61,792 bases of DNA, filler included, from Pirum gemmata (GCA_002812295.1; 18 parts of 18 records of this genome joined end to end with filler, not necessarily neighbours in it), one strand, 5' to 3'; positions 35,350 through 48,045 are shown, numbered from the whole stretch's first letter. The notes: generated by a model not told the origin, from the sequence alone. Made by a program: numbers and translations.

Positions 35350-36092
35350 GTTGTTGTTGTTGCTGTTGTTGTTATTATTGTTGTTATTAGTATTATTATT
35401 AGTATTATTATTATTAATATTATTGTTATTATTTATATCATTATTATTAATAGTTAATTATTAAATGCCTTCTTATGTTATTTATAACAATCCATTTTTT
35501 GTTTTCGCACATTACAACCCAGTTCCGAAATATATTATATAATAATGTACCAAACCATTCTTCCTTATTATTATTTATTTTTATTATTTATGTTATAAAC
35601 ATTTAGTTATTTATTTCAATATATATAATTATATTATGATAAATGTAAATAATTTGATTTGTATAAGATTACTATAAAAACATTAAGTACTATAAAAACA
35701 CGTACATTAAATTTTATGTTTTACAATAAAAAAAAAAAATTATTAAAATTATTATTTTTAAAAAAAAAAACACCAATTTTAATTAATAATCTAATTTATT
35801 AAGAATGGTTCCCACTATAGATACTATTAACCAAGTGTCTATAGCTATATATATATCGAACATGAGCTATGTAATATACAATACCTTGATCTAATAATGG
35901 GTACATCCAGTTTCCATAGGAAGGATACTGATTTATTCCATATATATATGGAACCAGATGTGGGTCTTTCGGCCCTTGACACGATATATATATATTATGA
36001 AGCGAACCATTCTTCAATTGTTTTTAATAAATTTTTTATGTTCATAAAAGCATTTATTATCTAATTAGTTCTTTATTTCATTATAATATTAT

Positions 36093-37604
36093 CTAATTTG
36101 TTAAGAATGGTTCCCATTGTAAAGCTAAAGGAGTACGGACTGGAGCCGCAAGACCAAACAAACGTACTAAACCGTCACCAGCACAATCGGTAGAATCCAA
36201 TTCTGAAGTAGTACTGTTAAAGCAGATACTAGCTTTATTCCAATTATTAGCACCGTAAACACTACCACTCATATCAATATTGATATCAGTAATTTTTTGA
36301 GTACCTGGAACTCGATAAGGGTTTCCAATAAAAGCACCGGTTCGTTTTTTCCCAGCTGGACATTTTTCAATATTGGTACCACACATTTGGTGTATGGCAG
36401 AGCCAGTGAAATCAGCAATCCAAACCATATCGTCACCATCCACTGCGATTCCCCAAGGCCCTTTCAAAACTTCAAGATCCATAAAGGAATTCAAATGAGT
36501 CCCATTAGGAGCGTATAAATGAACACTAGCTCCACCCCAAGCAGACACCCAGGCGTACCCTTTAGAATCAATAGCAATAGCTCTTCCATTGGCACCCAGT
36601 TCAGCTATGGTAAAGTCATCATAAGCATCATTATTTGTATTCACCCGGGTAACAAAACTACCTGCTCTACCTTTTGGTGTCTGTGTGTATAAGGAAAGAG
36701 TTCCGTTTAAGTTACTGACCCATAAGTATCCTTGCTGATCAATTGCTAAACCAAACGGATGTTCCACAATACATTCATTACCTTGTCTCATGGTTTCATT
36801 TCGGCAAACTACGCGAGCATCTTCACCTACACCTTGGGGGATATAAATGATTTGGGAATTGGTAGTGTCAGCTACCCAAACATTACCATGTTTATCGGAT
36901 ACGATAGATTGTAATTGTCCCAAAGTACCATTCATATTATAACCAGTATCATCAGGGGATAGTGCAGTTCCGTTTTTAGACATGTGCGAGATAGATTGTC
37001 CACCCCAATTGGAAATCCAAACGCTATCATCAGGAGCTACGCATATACCAAAACCTGCCCCAGAAATTCCTCCACCTACGTAACCTTTAATTTCGGGCGA
37101 CAAAGCCGCACCTCCAAGACCAAATTTAGAAGCACCTGGTGCTGACACGACATCTTTAGCCCCGAATAAAGTACCAGATTGTGAGCCCATCAAGAAATTG
37201 TTGTTGGCCCAAACAAAACCTTCAGTATCAAAATCAATGCCTCCTGGACTGTTGATTCCCCCACCAGTATATTTGACTCCTAAAGACCACTCATTTGGGG
37301 CAAAAAAGGTAATGTGAGGCTCGTAAAAAGTTTTTATACTTTTAGTTATAGCTTGGTCCAGCTCAAATAAATCCTCTACGTTTCTCCAAGGATTTTTGGC
37401 AATTTCAGTCAAAGAGCCAATAATAGTATTGCCGTAGACACTACTTTTGTACAATGTATCGCATGCAGTGGTACGTTTTATTTTATCAGTGACGACACCG
37501 TGTACACAACCAGATACCATGTTTGCTAGCGAGTTAAATCTAGCTAGATTTGTAGTCATTCTTCCGTTTTTGTAATTAGCAATAGTTTCACCATATTTAC
37601 CACC
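36093..37604 (-). CDS. NHL-repeat beta-propeller protein, bacterial-like; 5' truncated
   Basis: Repeats PGGIDFDTEGFVW, GICVAPDDSVW, PFGLAIDQQGYLW, AIAIDSKGYAW and PWGIAVDGDDMVW; C-terminal FGLAAPVRTPL. The frame stays open upstream (GGKYGETIANYKNGR) to the contig edge. Confidence 0.85.
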   Translation of the reverse strand, partial: GGKYGETIANYKNGRMTTNLARFNSLANMVSGCVHGVVTDKIKRTTACDTLYKSSVYGNTIIGSLTEIAKNPWRNVEDLFELDQAITKSIKTFYEPHITFFAPNEWSLGVKYTGGGINSPGGIDFDTEGFVWANNNFLMGSQSGTLFGAKDVVSAPGASKFGLGGAALSPEIKGYVGGGISGAGFGICVAPDDSVWISNWGGQSISHMSKNGTALSPDDTGYNMNGTLGQLQSIVSDKHGNVWVADTTNSQIIYIPQGVGEDARVVCRNETMRQGNECIVEHPFGLAIDQQGYLWVSNLNGTLSLYTQTPKGRAGSFVTRVNTNNDAYDDFTIAELGANGRAIAIDSKGYAWVSAWGGASVHLYAPNGTHLNSFMDLEVLKGPWGIAVDGDDMVWIADFTGSAIHQMCGTNIEKCPAGKKRTGAFIGNPYRVPGTQKITDINIDMSGSVYGANNWNKASICFNSTTSELDSTDCAGDGLVRLFGLAAPVRTPLALQWEPFLTN

Positions 37605-37982
37605 TANNNNNNNNNNNNNNNNNNNNNNNNNNNNNNNNNNNNNNNNNNNNTTAATTAATTAANNNNNNNNNNNNNNNNNNNNNNNNNNNNNNNNNNNNNN
37701 NNNNNNTGTGTTTTCATATAACACAAATTATGTGGGATTTTGATAATACCTTGGAGAGTTGGTGCTGAAATAAAAATTCAGACATCTATATATACATCAT
37801 TAATTTTATACAAAAAATAAAAATAAAAACTAAACTAAAAATAAAAATAAAATAAAAATTAGTATTAACAATTTTTTTTTAATAATAATAATAATAATAT
37901 TTAAAATAATAATAAATAAAGCATAATAATAATTTAATTAATTAAAACCCGATCCCTAACTCAATAAATTTAAAAAACAAAA

Positions 37983-39900
37983 ATGCAGTTTACTGTTGAA
38001 AGTCTTCAAATTTCAACATTATTATTAATGTTAAATACCACAGGTTTATTGTATAGTGTAGACGCATGTAATACACTACTTAATACCAACTCCAGCACGA
38101 TTGTTGTTGTTACTCATAACGTTAAATACGACAACTCAATGACAACTTCTTATTGTTCTGGATGGAAAAACTTTGGTCCGTTTGATGTCATATTCACCCA
38201 AGAACTAACAGGTAATGTCAATAACTTTTTAAATTGCAATCAAGGCTTTAAAGGTGATATTAAGAGTTTTTATGCAGATGAGAAAAGTACTGGACTTCCA
38301 GCTGATAGAGGTAACCCAACAGGTATATTTTACAACGAAAAAAGGTTTGAACTTTTATTAGAGGGTTCTGACGTGAGAGTAGTGGGTGATGATCAATTTG
38401 CTCCTAATCATATGTATGGCTATAGACATTTGCAAACTGTTCGTTTGAAAGATAGACACAGTAAACGCACTTTTACGTTTACGAATTTCCATGGGCCTTT
38501 AGGAGTTAACACCCAAGGAAGAACTGAAAGATTACAAGCATTATTTAACGATAAGCTTACTTTAGCTGATAGAGTTGGTAAAGTGTTAGAAGAAAAATTT
38601 AAAGCTTTTCCGAATGATAGTTTTGTATTTGGTGGTGATATGAACGAAGACTTTAATTGTGGTAAATATTGCTTAGAAAATAGTGTAAAACAACATGTTG
38701 CAAAAGTTAGTGGGATGTCTGTTGGCGTAGAAAATCAATGGGATATGTTATTCTTTAAAGGTGAACAAGTAGATTTGCTAAGTAGTCAAATTGGCGGTAC
38801 GTATGGCTCTGACCATTTGGCGAAAAAAATTGTCTTGGGTCTTACTAATATTCAACCAACGAAGATTGATTATAAAGATTCTATTTGTCATATGCAACCA
38901 GGTTGTGATTGGAAAGGGGCAGATATTCGCACAGAAAAGGACGGTGGATCGAAAGAAAACTGTTATAAAAAGTGTAAGAATGAGGTGGCAGATTGTCAAA
39001 AAGTCTCATGGTGGAACGGGAATTGTTATTTTAAAACTAACGTTGCTATACCTATTAAAAAAGATAACAGCGTTTTTTGTGCTTCAATCGATAATGATGA
39101 TGGTGATGATGATGATGATGATCATGATGATGATCATGATGATGATGATAAAACTCCTATTGAAAACCCTATTAAAGAAAACGATGTAATGAAAGGGGGT
39201 TGTGATTGGAAAGGTGAAAATCTTGGTGGTATTGGTGTCTCAGACGACGGAAACCCAAGTAATTGTATTAGTAAATGTTCAAAACATTCATCCAGAAAAT
39301 GTAGTAAAGTAGCTTGGGCATTCGGAAGATGTTATTTTAAAGATGATACTGCGACATTGCAAACTGATGGTGTAGAGTCAACCATTTCCTGCTCTCAACC
39401 GTTCAATGTAAATGATAAACCTATTAGTATTAAAAATCCCATTCTTAAAAATACGGTGATGACTCCAGGTTGTGATTGGGGGGGTGCTAATCTTGATGGG
39501 CATGGTATTTCTGCCGACGGAAAAGGCGCCAGTTATTGCATTGAATTATGCTTAAAACATAAATCAGGGAAATGTAAAAATGTAGCATTTTTTAATAATA
39601 TGTGTTATTTTAAGAACGATAAAGCAGTGTATAAAACTGCAAATTCCGCCACTTTCTGTTCCAAATCTTCTACTTCTGCTGCTGCTGTATTTAAATCAGG
39701 TTGTGATTATGGTTCTTCACGCTTACCTTTTAAAGTGAATCTAACCAAAAAGGAGTGTGTTCAATTTTGTGCTGATAACGGTGATAATTGTTCAAAAGTA
39801 GCCTGGGTAGAGGTCGATAAAGACAAAGGTAACTGTTACCAAAAAACCGCCGATGCTGATGATAGAGAGGCTGGCCCGAAAACATGGTGTACAAAAATCA

Positions 39901-39905
<5 letters not shown>
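37983..39905 (+). CDS. Putatively secreted endonuclease/exonuclease/phosphatase (EEP) domain fused to four PAN/apple modules
   Basis: EEP motifs VTHNV, DVIFTQE, TNFHG, FGGDMN, WDMLF and GSDH. Four GCD(W/Y)xG..C...C....C..V.W..G.CY.K modules, with an Asp-rich linker after the first. Confidence 0.85.
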
Positions 39906-39956
<51 letters not shown>

Positions 39957-40039
39957 TATTATTTGACTAAATTGATATATTGTTTGTACTCTTTATTAAC
40001 AAATCAATTAATAATATTATTTTTAATTAATATATATGA

Positions 40040-40430
40040 ATTCGAGAAATGGTACGGAAAAAACCAACTAAACTAAATGCAGAAACAAAAACTGCCCAAA
40101 TAATATTTATTAGTAACAAATAATTTAATTAGCTTAGCAAACTATCAATTAAAAGAATTATAGAAATGGTACCAAGAAAACAAGCTAAACTAAATACAAA
40201 AATAAAAACTGCCCAAATAATATTTATTAGTAACAAATAATTTATTCTGGCATGTTAACTCAGCAAGATATTAATTAAAAGAATTCTAGAAATGTTACCA
40301 AAAAACCCAACAAAACTAAAAACTGCCCAAATAATATTTATTAGTAACAAATACTTTAATCTGCTAACTAAATACAAAAATAAAAACTGCCCAAATAATA
40401 TTTATTGGTAACAAATAAAACTGGTATGTA
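40040..40430. repeat. Four degenerate tandem copies of a unit containing AAAACTGCCCAAATAATATTTATTAGTAACAAAT
   Basis: Motif at ~40088, 40204, 40319 and 40383. Confidence 0.8.
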
Positions 40431-40470
40431 ACAAAACATAATAAAAGTACTTAAGTCTTATTATTACTAT

Positions 40471-40597
40471 TTATGCTTTTGGTAATAGTGGTGCGTTTTC
40501 ACTTGCATTTCGACTATGGCCTCGACTGCTGTGTCCTGTACTTCCTTCAGCAGAGGACGTGGTACCCCTAAGTCCATTACTTTTCTTTGTTTTTATT
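40471..40597 (-). CDS. Probable terminal exon of a convergent gene, ending in an acidic dileucine motif
   Basis: After a TAG acceptor at 40600-40598 it reads IKTKKSNGLRGTTSSAEGSTGHSSRGHSRNASENAPLLPKA*. It is a GC-richer island, and ENAPLL fits [DE]xxxLL. Confidence 0.45.
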
Positions 40598-40925
40598 CTA
40601 ATAATATTATTATTAAGGAATAATTAATTAATTTAATATATAAATAACAATAATAATAANNNNNNNNNNNNNNNNNNNNNNNNNNNNNNNNNNNNNNNNN
40701 NNNTTAATTAATTAANNNNNNNNNNNNNNNNNNNNNNNNNNNNNNNNNNNNNNNNNNNNATTATTATTGTTGTTGTTGTTGTTGTTGTTGTTCTCAGACT
40801 CTCAGTGTTATTGTTATTATTGTTATAATTATTATTATTTAAATTGTTTGCACCCTAATAATTATAATAATTATAACAATAATAACAATAATAACAATAA
40901 CGCTGAGAACAATAACAATAATAAC

Positions 40926-40959
<34 letters not shown>

Positions 40960-41791
40960 GAAATGAGTTTTTGAAATCGTTTATTATACTATAAGATAGA
41001 TGATCGAAAAATATAAAAATATCAAATCTAATAATTATTAGACTACATATTATTAAATTATAACAAAAAATATTTAGATTTTCAAAAAATCTGAGCCCAG
41101 CTTACTATTAGTCTCGTAGCCCTCGGGGGGGCTGTTAGTACGATAGCTAGCTAGCCATTGTACTACTTGACGGGGACTTTTTTATGAAATAGACTACAAC
41201 AGGCCTACTACAACCTTAAAATTAGTCTATATCAAAACATGTCTGATAGTTTAAAAACATGATAATAATTAGGTATGTTTATTTCAGTTTTTAAACTTTT
41301 AATTTGGTACTATGTAAGTGTATAATTGAACTTGTTTATAAAATTGAATAATATCATGAGTGTGCAGTAGTCTAGTTTTCATGATAATATATAACTGGAA
41401 ACAAAACAAGAACCCCAATTTTTCTTGAATAAATGAAACAAGAACATAGTCTAGTTTATTATGGCAAAAGTAATTGGTTTATTTTAAGCATTTTGAAGTT
41501 TGAATTCACTTATGATGTCATTCAACCGTGTAATGAAAAAAAATAAAAAAGATAAATTAATAACCAGATGGTATAAAAAGGGACGCTATAATAATGTAAA
41601 ACAGCGATGAGCTACACTACTACACTACAGTTAATAATAATAATAATCAATAATAATAAGTGTATTCATTTTAATATTATTATTATTATTGTTGTTATTA
41701 TTATTATTAGTTAATTAATAATATTAATTAATTATTATTAATTATTATTATTAATATTAATCATTATTTATTATTATTTATTTGATTTTAG

Positions 41792-43651
41792 TTATCTTCT
41801 ACCCCGCGGACCTCTATCTGGACCTGCATTAGCTGGTGTACAACACATTTCTAGACAACTATTTCTATCATAGCCTTTTGTTATTTCTATGCATTTTCTG
41901 CTATTACTAGACTTAATCATTGTACCGGGGCAGTTATAAGCATTACATGTTATTCTATCATCCACTTCTTCGATTGGGCAATTATTTTTCAAATTACATT
42001 GATATAATTCCCATCTTTGAAGTAACCCAGGTAACACCCGGCAAGTGTCTCTTGGACCGCGGCAGTTTAATTTTAAATCTTTGCGATCAGGTATTTCGTA
42101 ACATTTCTTGGATTGTTTGTCTAGAAAACAGTCACCTCCACATTTATTTGAACAAGAATCACAATTTTTAGCAATACATGGGATGCTATTGTGAACACCA
42201 CATTCCGTTGTATATTCTTTCCGGGAAACACATTGGTTATTAGCGGACGTACCACAATCGTTACTATAACATATTCCAAATAAACTTTTACATTCAGAAC
42301 AAGAATCGGCAAAATGTATTTCGAGGTTTGGTGACCTACCACAAAAAATCTTTCTTTTTACAGGTTGGCTAATACTACGTTTTACACAGATATCTACTAA
42401 AGGAGATTCTTGAAAATAATCAGCAAGAATGATGTTGGGCATTTTTTCGTACATGTCTGAGGTAGTATCGTACCAATTATCATCTGCAAAATTTTGTAAT
42501 TTTTTATTGGCATCTTTAGATAAATCATGAAGGCTAGTATGAGTAGCAATCCCTAAAAAACCTATCCCTTTTGCAATGCTACCTTCATCAGGGGTTAAAG
42601 TCCAAGATAACTTAACAAGATTAGCGTCATAGGGGAACATGTCTTTGTATTCATTTGCTTTCTTCTTATTATAATTAATCATTTGATCTATGTGAGGTGT
42701 GTTGGCATAAGAATTCACAGGTTTAATATGAAGAAATCTTTGGTTTAAAGAGTTGGGCAAGACCACAATAGCTCGTTTGTTATCAGTCACAATATCTGGT
42801 ATAAGTCGTTTAAAAGGATGAGCTTTACCTCTTATTGTATCATCGTAAATATGGCTACTTAAGCTCGAACTATCAAGTAAACTAACCATACTGTCCTCGA
42901 GTTGGTCTGTCCACTCACCCGCCACTCCGAATTCAATTACTACAATTTCTTTCGTGTTTTCGTTTAAGAATCGACTAATTTGATCCAAAGCAGTGCTAAT
43001 ATCATGCCCAGTTTTACCGTGATGTAATTTCCAAGTGTTGCCGACCTTGGCAGCTCGAATATCTAAATATCTGATGCCACCTAATAATATTATTATAATC
43101 GTTATAATATATGATATATAATTATAAAAATATAAATTAATTTTAATTTTAATGCTAATTATTATTATATAATAATAATACATAGAATTATTATTATAAT
43201 ATTATATACAATATAATTATATATAATTTAGATTATTATGATTATTAAATTATTATTATTATTATTAATATTATTATTATTATTATATTATTATTATTGC
43301 TCAAAAATGTATAAAAGATTTATTTCACTTACGCTTCAATTGATAATATAAATCAATGGATTGTGCTTCTCCCCAGTTCACCATTACGCTATCTGTAAAT
43401 GTTAACCACCACACAAAATCATCGCCAGTATTCATCCATTCCATAGTGTGGTCTTCAATAAAGTCGGAGCTGGGCTCTAACCAGTAGGCCCCAGAGTCGT
43501 GGGTACCTGGTAAAGTAATGTCAGCCAGGGTTTTTGTTTTCAATTGATCTTGATAAAAACCCATCCAATTAGACATATCAGTGCCTGGGGTACTTGCTGC
43601 AATTTGTAAAACCGCGCCATTGATTATCATAAGTAATGAAAAGGAAACCAT
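41792..43651 (-). CDS. Secreted PI-PLC X-domain (PLCXD-like) phosphodiesterase with Cys-rich C-terminus; 2 exons (43651-43333, 43080-41792)
   Basis: NWM...LADITLPGTHDSG, Q...LYYQLKR|GIRYLDIR, LHHG, FLNENTKEIVVI and NIILADY. Intron GTAAGT..TTAG 43332-43081 joins C|GT (Arg). Confidence 0.9.
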
Positions 43652-44695
43652 ATTTTATTATTATTATTTATTATTTANNNNNNNNNNNNNNNNNNNNNNN
43701 NNNNNNNNNNNNNNNNNNNNNTTAATTAATTAANNNNNNNNNNNNNNNNNNNNNNNNNNNNNNNNNNNNNNNNNNNNGTTTTGGTTTTGGTTTTGGTTTT
43801 GGTTTTGATTATGGTTTTGATTATGGTTTTGATTATGGTTTTGGTTTTGGTTTTGGTTTGTTGCTGTCGTTGTTGCTGTTATTATTATTGTTGTTGCTGT
43901 TGCTGTTGCTGTTGTTGTTGTTTTAGTTTTAGTTTTAGTTTAGTTTCAGTTAGTTTTAGTTTTGTTATTGTTTACTATTTATTGTTTTTTATTTTTTGTT
44001 TTTGTTTTTTGTTTTGGTTTTGGTTTTGGTTTTTGGTTTTGGTTTTGTTTTGGTTTGTTTTGTATTTAGTTTTAGTTTTTGTTTGGGATTTAGCTTTTGG
44101 ATTTTTTATTTTAGTTTCGTTTTCACAATTTTTTTCAGCTACCCCAATAGTCTATATATCAAAATCTCATATTAGCCGGTATATCATTATATAAATAAGG
44201 GAAATATAACTTTTGCTGCAAGATAATGCCAGTAGACCCTAGCTGCTTCTATTTTCTAGTCTCTAGCTAGACTATCGGTCAGACGGGCTCAATTGAGCCC
44301 ATTTTTCAGTAATTATGTAACTTTTTAACTAATAAACCAAATTTCTTCAAAATAGGATCAAATTAAACTTCGTAACTAACTATATTCGACCCAAAAAGTC
44401 CGATTTTGCCATCGAACAGCAAGAAAAAACATTCATTATTTTCAGCACCTGTTCTATCACTACTATTCACTAGTGTTCTATCATAATTAAAACATAGACT
44501 ACTACCCTACCGGTATCATACTATCAGATAGGCTGAGATAGCTATCAGATAGACTACTACTAGCTAGCTAGACTAGGTAGTCAGCTGTAGGTAGTAGTAT
44601 CATAGCTAGCTAGTAGCTATCGATAGCTACATTTTTTTAGTATTTTCTTGTTTTCCTTTTTGCATGTGCTGAACTAGACCTATGTGCTTATTCGT

Positions 44696-44729
<34 letters not shown>

Positions 44730-45682
44730 ATTTCCTAATTTATATATGATATAGATAATGAATCTTAGTGATTAGTAAATGAAGTAAATGAGTGAATAAA
44801 CTGTGAATAATGACTTTTTTTTACTATCATAATTATTCATAAGTGATATTTATGAGTTATTTATGATAGTTATCAGGTATGCAGGATATAATCAAGGAGT
44901 TCAAGTAATAACCTGAGGTATAGAACTATAGATTACTATAACTATTACTATAGACAGTGTAGAGTCATATATAGACTATCGGATAGCTAAGGTACTGACT
45001 GATTGCAAATGACGATGATGATGATGAAGATGACGATGATGATGATGATGATGATGATGATNNNNNNNNNNNNNNNNNNNNNNNNNNNNNNNNNNNNNNN
45101 NNNNNNNNNNNNNNNNNTAATAATACTAATAATACTAATAATGATAATGATAATAATAATAATTTAGCCACCAAAATCCATTGCAAGCCGAGTATATTAA
45201 AATTTCGTTTGTCATTTCTATAGACTTGTAATATGAATTCGCTCAACCTTTAATAATTTTAACCACTTAATTTGAATGAGTAAAAAGTGAGCTAAAAATA
45301 ATATTATTGACATTAACATGAGCATTTTTTTTCATGAAAATTAATTTGAATTTTGATCCATAACTAAGACTGAAAGTTATCATATTTTTTGTGATGTACA
45401 GTACATAGAAATGGAAGAGTTGACTTATTATACTTTTAAATTATCATTATTATTAACTAATTATATCTTTATATACTTACTTTTTAAAGAACCATTTTTT
45501 TTTTTTTTCTCTAATATGATAACCTGAAACCATTTTTATTTTTAATGTTTAAAAATCGAGCCAAACCACGGTTAGTTCATAATAAGTTTACTATAATAAT
45601 AATAGTAGTAGTAGTAGTAGTAGTAGTAGTAGCAGTAATGGTATTATTATTATTAGTAGTTGGTGCTAATTAACTTTTTTTT

Positions 45683-46022
45683 ACTGACCCAGGTTTTTAG
45701 TTGATCGATTTTTGGTCAGCTTCGAACGTTCCATTTTTTTTAATACGAAAACTGAGAGGGCCTTGCGATAAAAAGTGAGTTTTTTGCGAAAGAGTGACAC
45801 TAACCTCTTTTTAATTAATAAAATTCCTTTTTTGGAAAAGAGTGACGCTAACCAAATGCGAATTTTTTTTGCGTAAAAACGCACTGGCCAACGTTGGTAA
45901 ACTTTTTTGTTTGATAACTGGGGTGTGGTGTTTTTTTTTTAAAAAAAAAAATCGAATCGAGCTTTGGTTTTGGAATGTTTTTTTTGGTTAATCCCAATTA
46001 GTAAAAAAAAAAGTTCAGTAAC
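45683..46022. repeat. Dispersed repeat, probable non-autonomous DNA element
   Basis: ACTGACCCAG..TTGATCGA..CAG.TTCGAAC and later TTAGTAAAAAAAA..TAACGTTT are shared with ~50330-50550. Confidence 0.45.
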
Positions 46023-46494
46023 GTTTAATTAGTAGTCGCTATTTTTGTAGTAGTAGTGGTGGTGGTGGTAGTAGCAGTGGTAGAAGTAGTGCTAAAGTGT
46101 TTAAAAATAAATGTTTTACATAATATTAAATATATATCTGGTGCTCTGCCAGATGATATAAATATATATAACGAATAATACTGATGTTAACAGTAGGTTT
46201 GAAAAGTAATTTGAGTTTAGTAGTAATAAGTACAATATTTGTTGGTACAATTATAATCAAATGAGAATTAATTGAATAGAACATTATAATATATATTTGA
46301 AATAATTATAATTAAAAATAACATTATTATAAAAACAACAAGGAATAAGGAAATTTTGTACAATTTTACAGTTTACTTTTTTCATTATCTTTACATGTCA
46401 CTAGTTTATTAAACGTACAACACATATACCACAAAAGACAAAACTTAAGAAGAAGAAAAGCAAAAATAAAGATTAATAAATAAATATAAATGCA

Positions 46495-47823
46495 TTATTT
46501 TTGTTTGCTATTGTTCCAATCATCAAGTTTTTTTTTGAATTTTTTATCGTCACGTTTTTTGCGAAAATCAAAACTTATGGCTTTCTCTTTTCTCTTACTC
46601 AAAACTAATTTTATAGGCTCTTTTTCATTTATAACACTAACACTCTTCGTTTTGTTTTGTTTTTTTTGGCGTATACTTTCCCATTGGTTTTTTGTTATAG
46701 TGAATTCAATAATACTATCATCCTTAAAACGACTGGTTGAAAATTGGTTTAACTTTTCTAACTGTAAATGTTGGTCCCCATATACTGATGAAAATACTTC
46801 TATCTGGTTTTCTTTTAATATATGTTTATAAATATTCATCAGTTTAAATCTTTCTTCTATAATTCGTTTTTCTATTATTTCTACTATATCAACAATAAAA
46901 CCTTCTGATAAATCGTTGCATTCCTTTTGACTACCACCGTTAACGTCACAAGAGAAGTTAATAGTACTAACACCATTAGTTGGTGTGGTGGTTGATATCG
47001 TAGTTAAAGGTGAAACACTATCGCTGTTATCAGCAAGAATATTTGCAATGATTTCCACTTCTTGTGTCAACACATCTAAGTAACTTTTCATTTGAAGTTT
47101 ATCGACCCCTAAACTCCCAATAAAACAAACCGACTGATCCCTGGTTTTGGCTTCGGTTGCTTCTTCAAAATCATAAACATCATCATCAATACAATCATTA
47201 TCACTATCACTATCATCGTTATTGTTATTCTCTTCTAACTGAGCATATTGTTCTTGTAATTGTAGAGTTCTATACTTTTTCATTATTTTATTTTCTTCTA
47301 AAGTTCTATGTAAAAATGCACGAACTTTAATATCATTTAACTGTGCTTGTTTTTGATTGTTTTCTATTGTAATATAATCTTCGTATAGGTCTTCATCCTC
47401 TTTGGTCATTTTCTGTACTTCATATAATATGGTATTTAATAACAAGTCCCCAGTAGCATTATCATCATTATCTTCGTCGTCGAGGTCGTCAAGATTGTTG
47501 TTGGTGTTGGTGGTGGTGGCGGTGGTGGTGGCGGTGGCGGTGGTGGTGGTTTTAATAGCATCGACTGCCACAACAATATCATTGCTTTCCTTAGCAATAT
47601 AAATATCTTGATCACTATTATCGCTGTTTAAACTGATGTTACTTAATTCATTTAACACGGTATTTTGTTCGTGTTGTATTTGTGGTAAATCGGTTGTATT
47701 GTTCAGGGCCAATGACTTAGTTCCTGTAATAGTAACGGCCTCCTGGATTAAATCTTCAATCATGTCTTCCAAATCAAAAATATTGCTTTGAAAGTTTTGG
47801 AGTAAACAACTGGTGTCTCCCAT
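46495..47823 (-). CDS. Uncharacterised acidic, low-complexity protein with basic C-terminus
   Basis: ~440-codon open frame from ATG 47823 in AT-rich surroundings; no domain recognised. Confidence 0.7.
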   Translation of the reverse strand: MGDTSCLLQNFQSNIFDLEDMIEDLIQEAVTITGTKSLALNNTTDLPQIQHEQNTVLNELSNISLNSDNSDQDIYIAKESNDIVVAVDAIKTTTTATATTTATTTNTNNNLDDLDDEDNDDNATGDLLLNTILYEVQKMTKEDEDLYEDYITIENNQKQAQLNDIKVRAFLHRTLEENKIMKKYRTLQLQEQYAQLEENNNNDDSDSDNDCIDDDVYDFEEATEAKTRDQSVCFIGSLGVDKLQMKSYLDVLTQEVEIIANILADNSDSVSPLTTISTTTPTNGVSTINFSCDVNGGSQKECNDLSEGFIVDIVEIIEKRIIEERFKLMNIYKHILKENQIEVFSSVYGDQHLQLEKLNQFSTSRFKDDSIIEFTITKNQWESIRQKKQNKTKSVSVINEKEPIKLVLSKRKEKAISFDFRKKRDDKKFKKKLDDWNNSKQK

Positions 47824-48011
47824 TATATCTATTATATAAAACAATGACAGAATTAAAAAAGGTGTGTTTGTTTAACAAAAACAACAATAATAATAATAAT
47901 AATAAATAATAATACTATCAAAAATAATAGTAATAATAAAATAAAAATAACAATAATAATAATAATAATAATGATTATGATTATGATTATGATTATTATT
48001 ATATTATACAA

Positions 48012-48045
<34 letters not shown>

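Noticed and set aside
40040..40430. CRISPR-like repeat-spacer array (also 31566-31860 and 3086-3207)
   Set aside because: The intervening sequences are related to each other, there are no cas genes, and the context is eukaryotic; these are ordinary tandem duplications.
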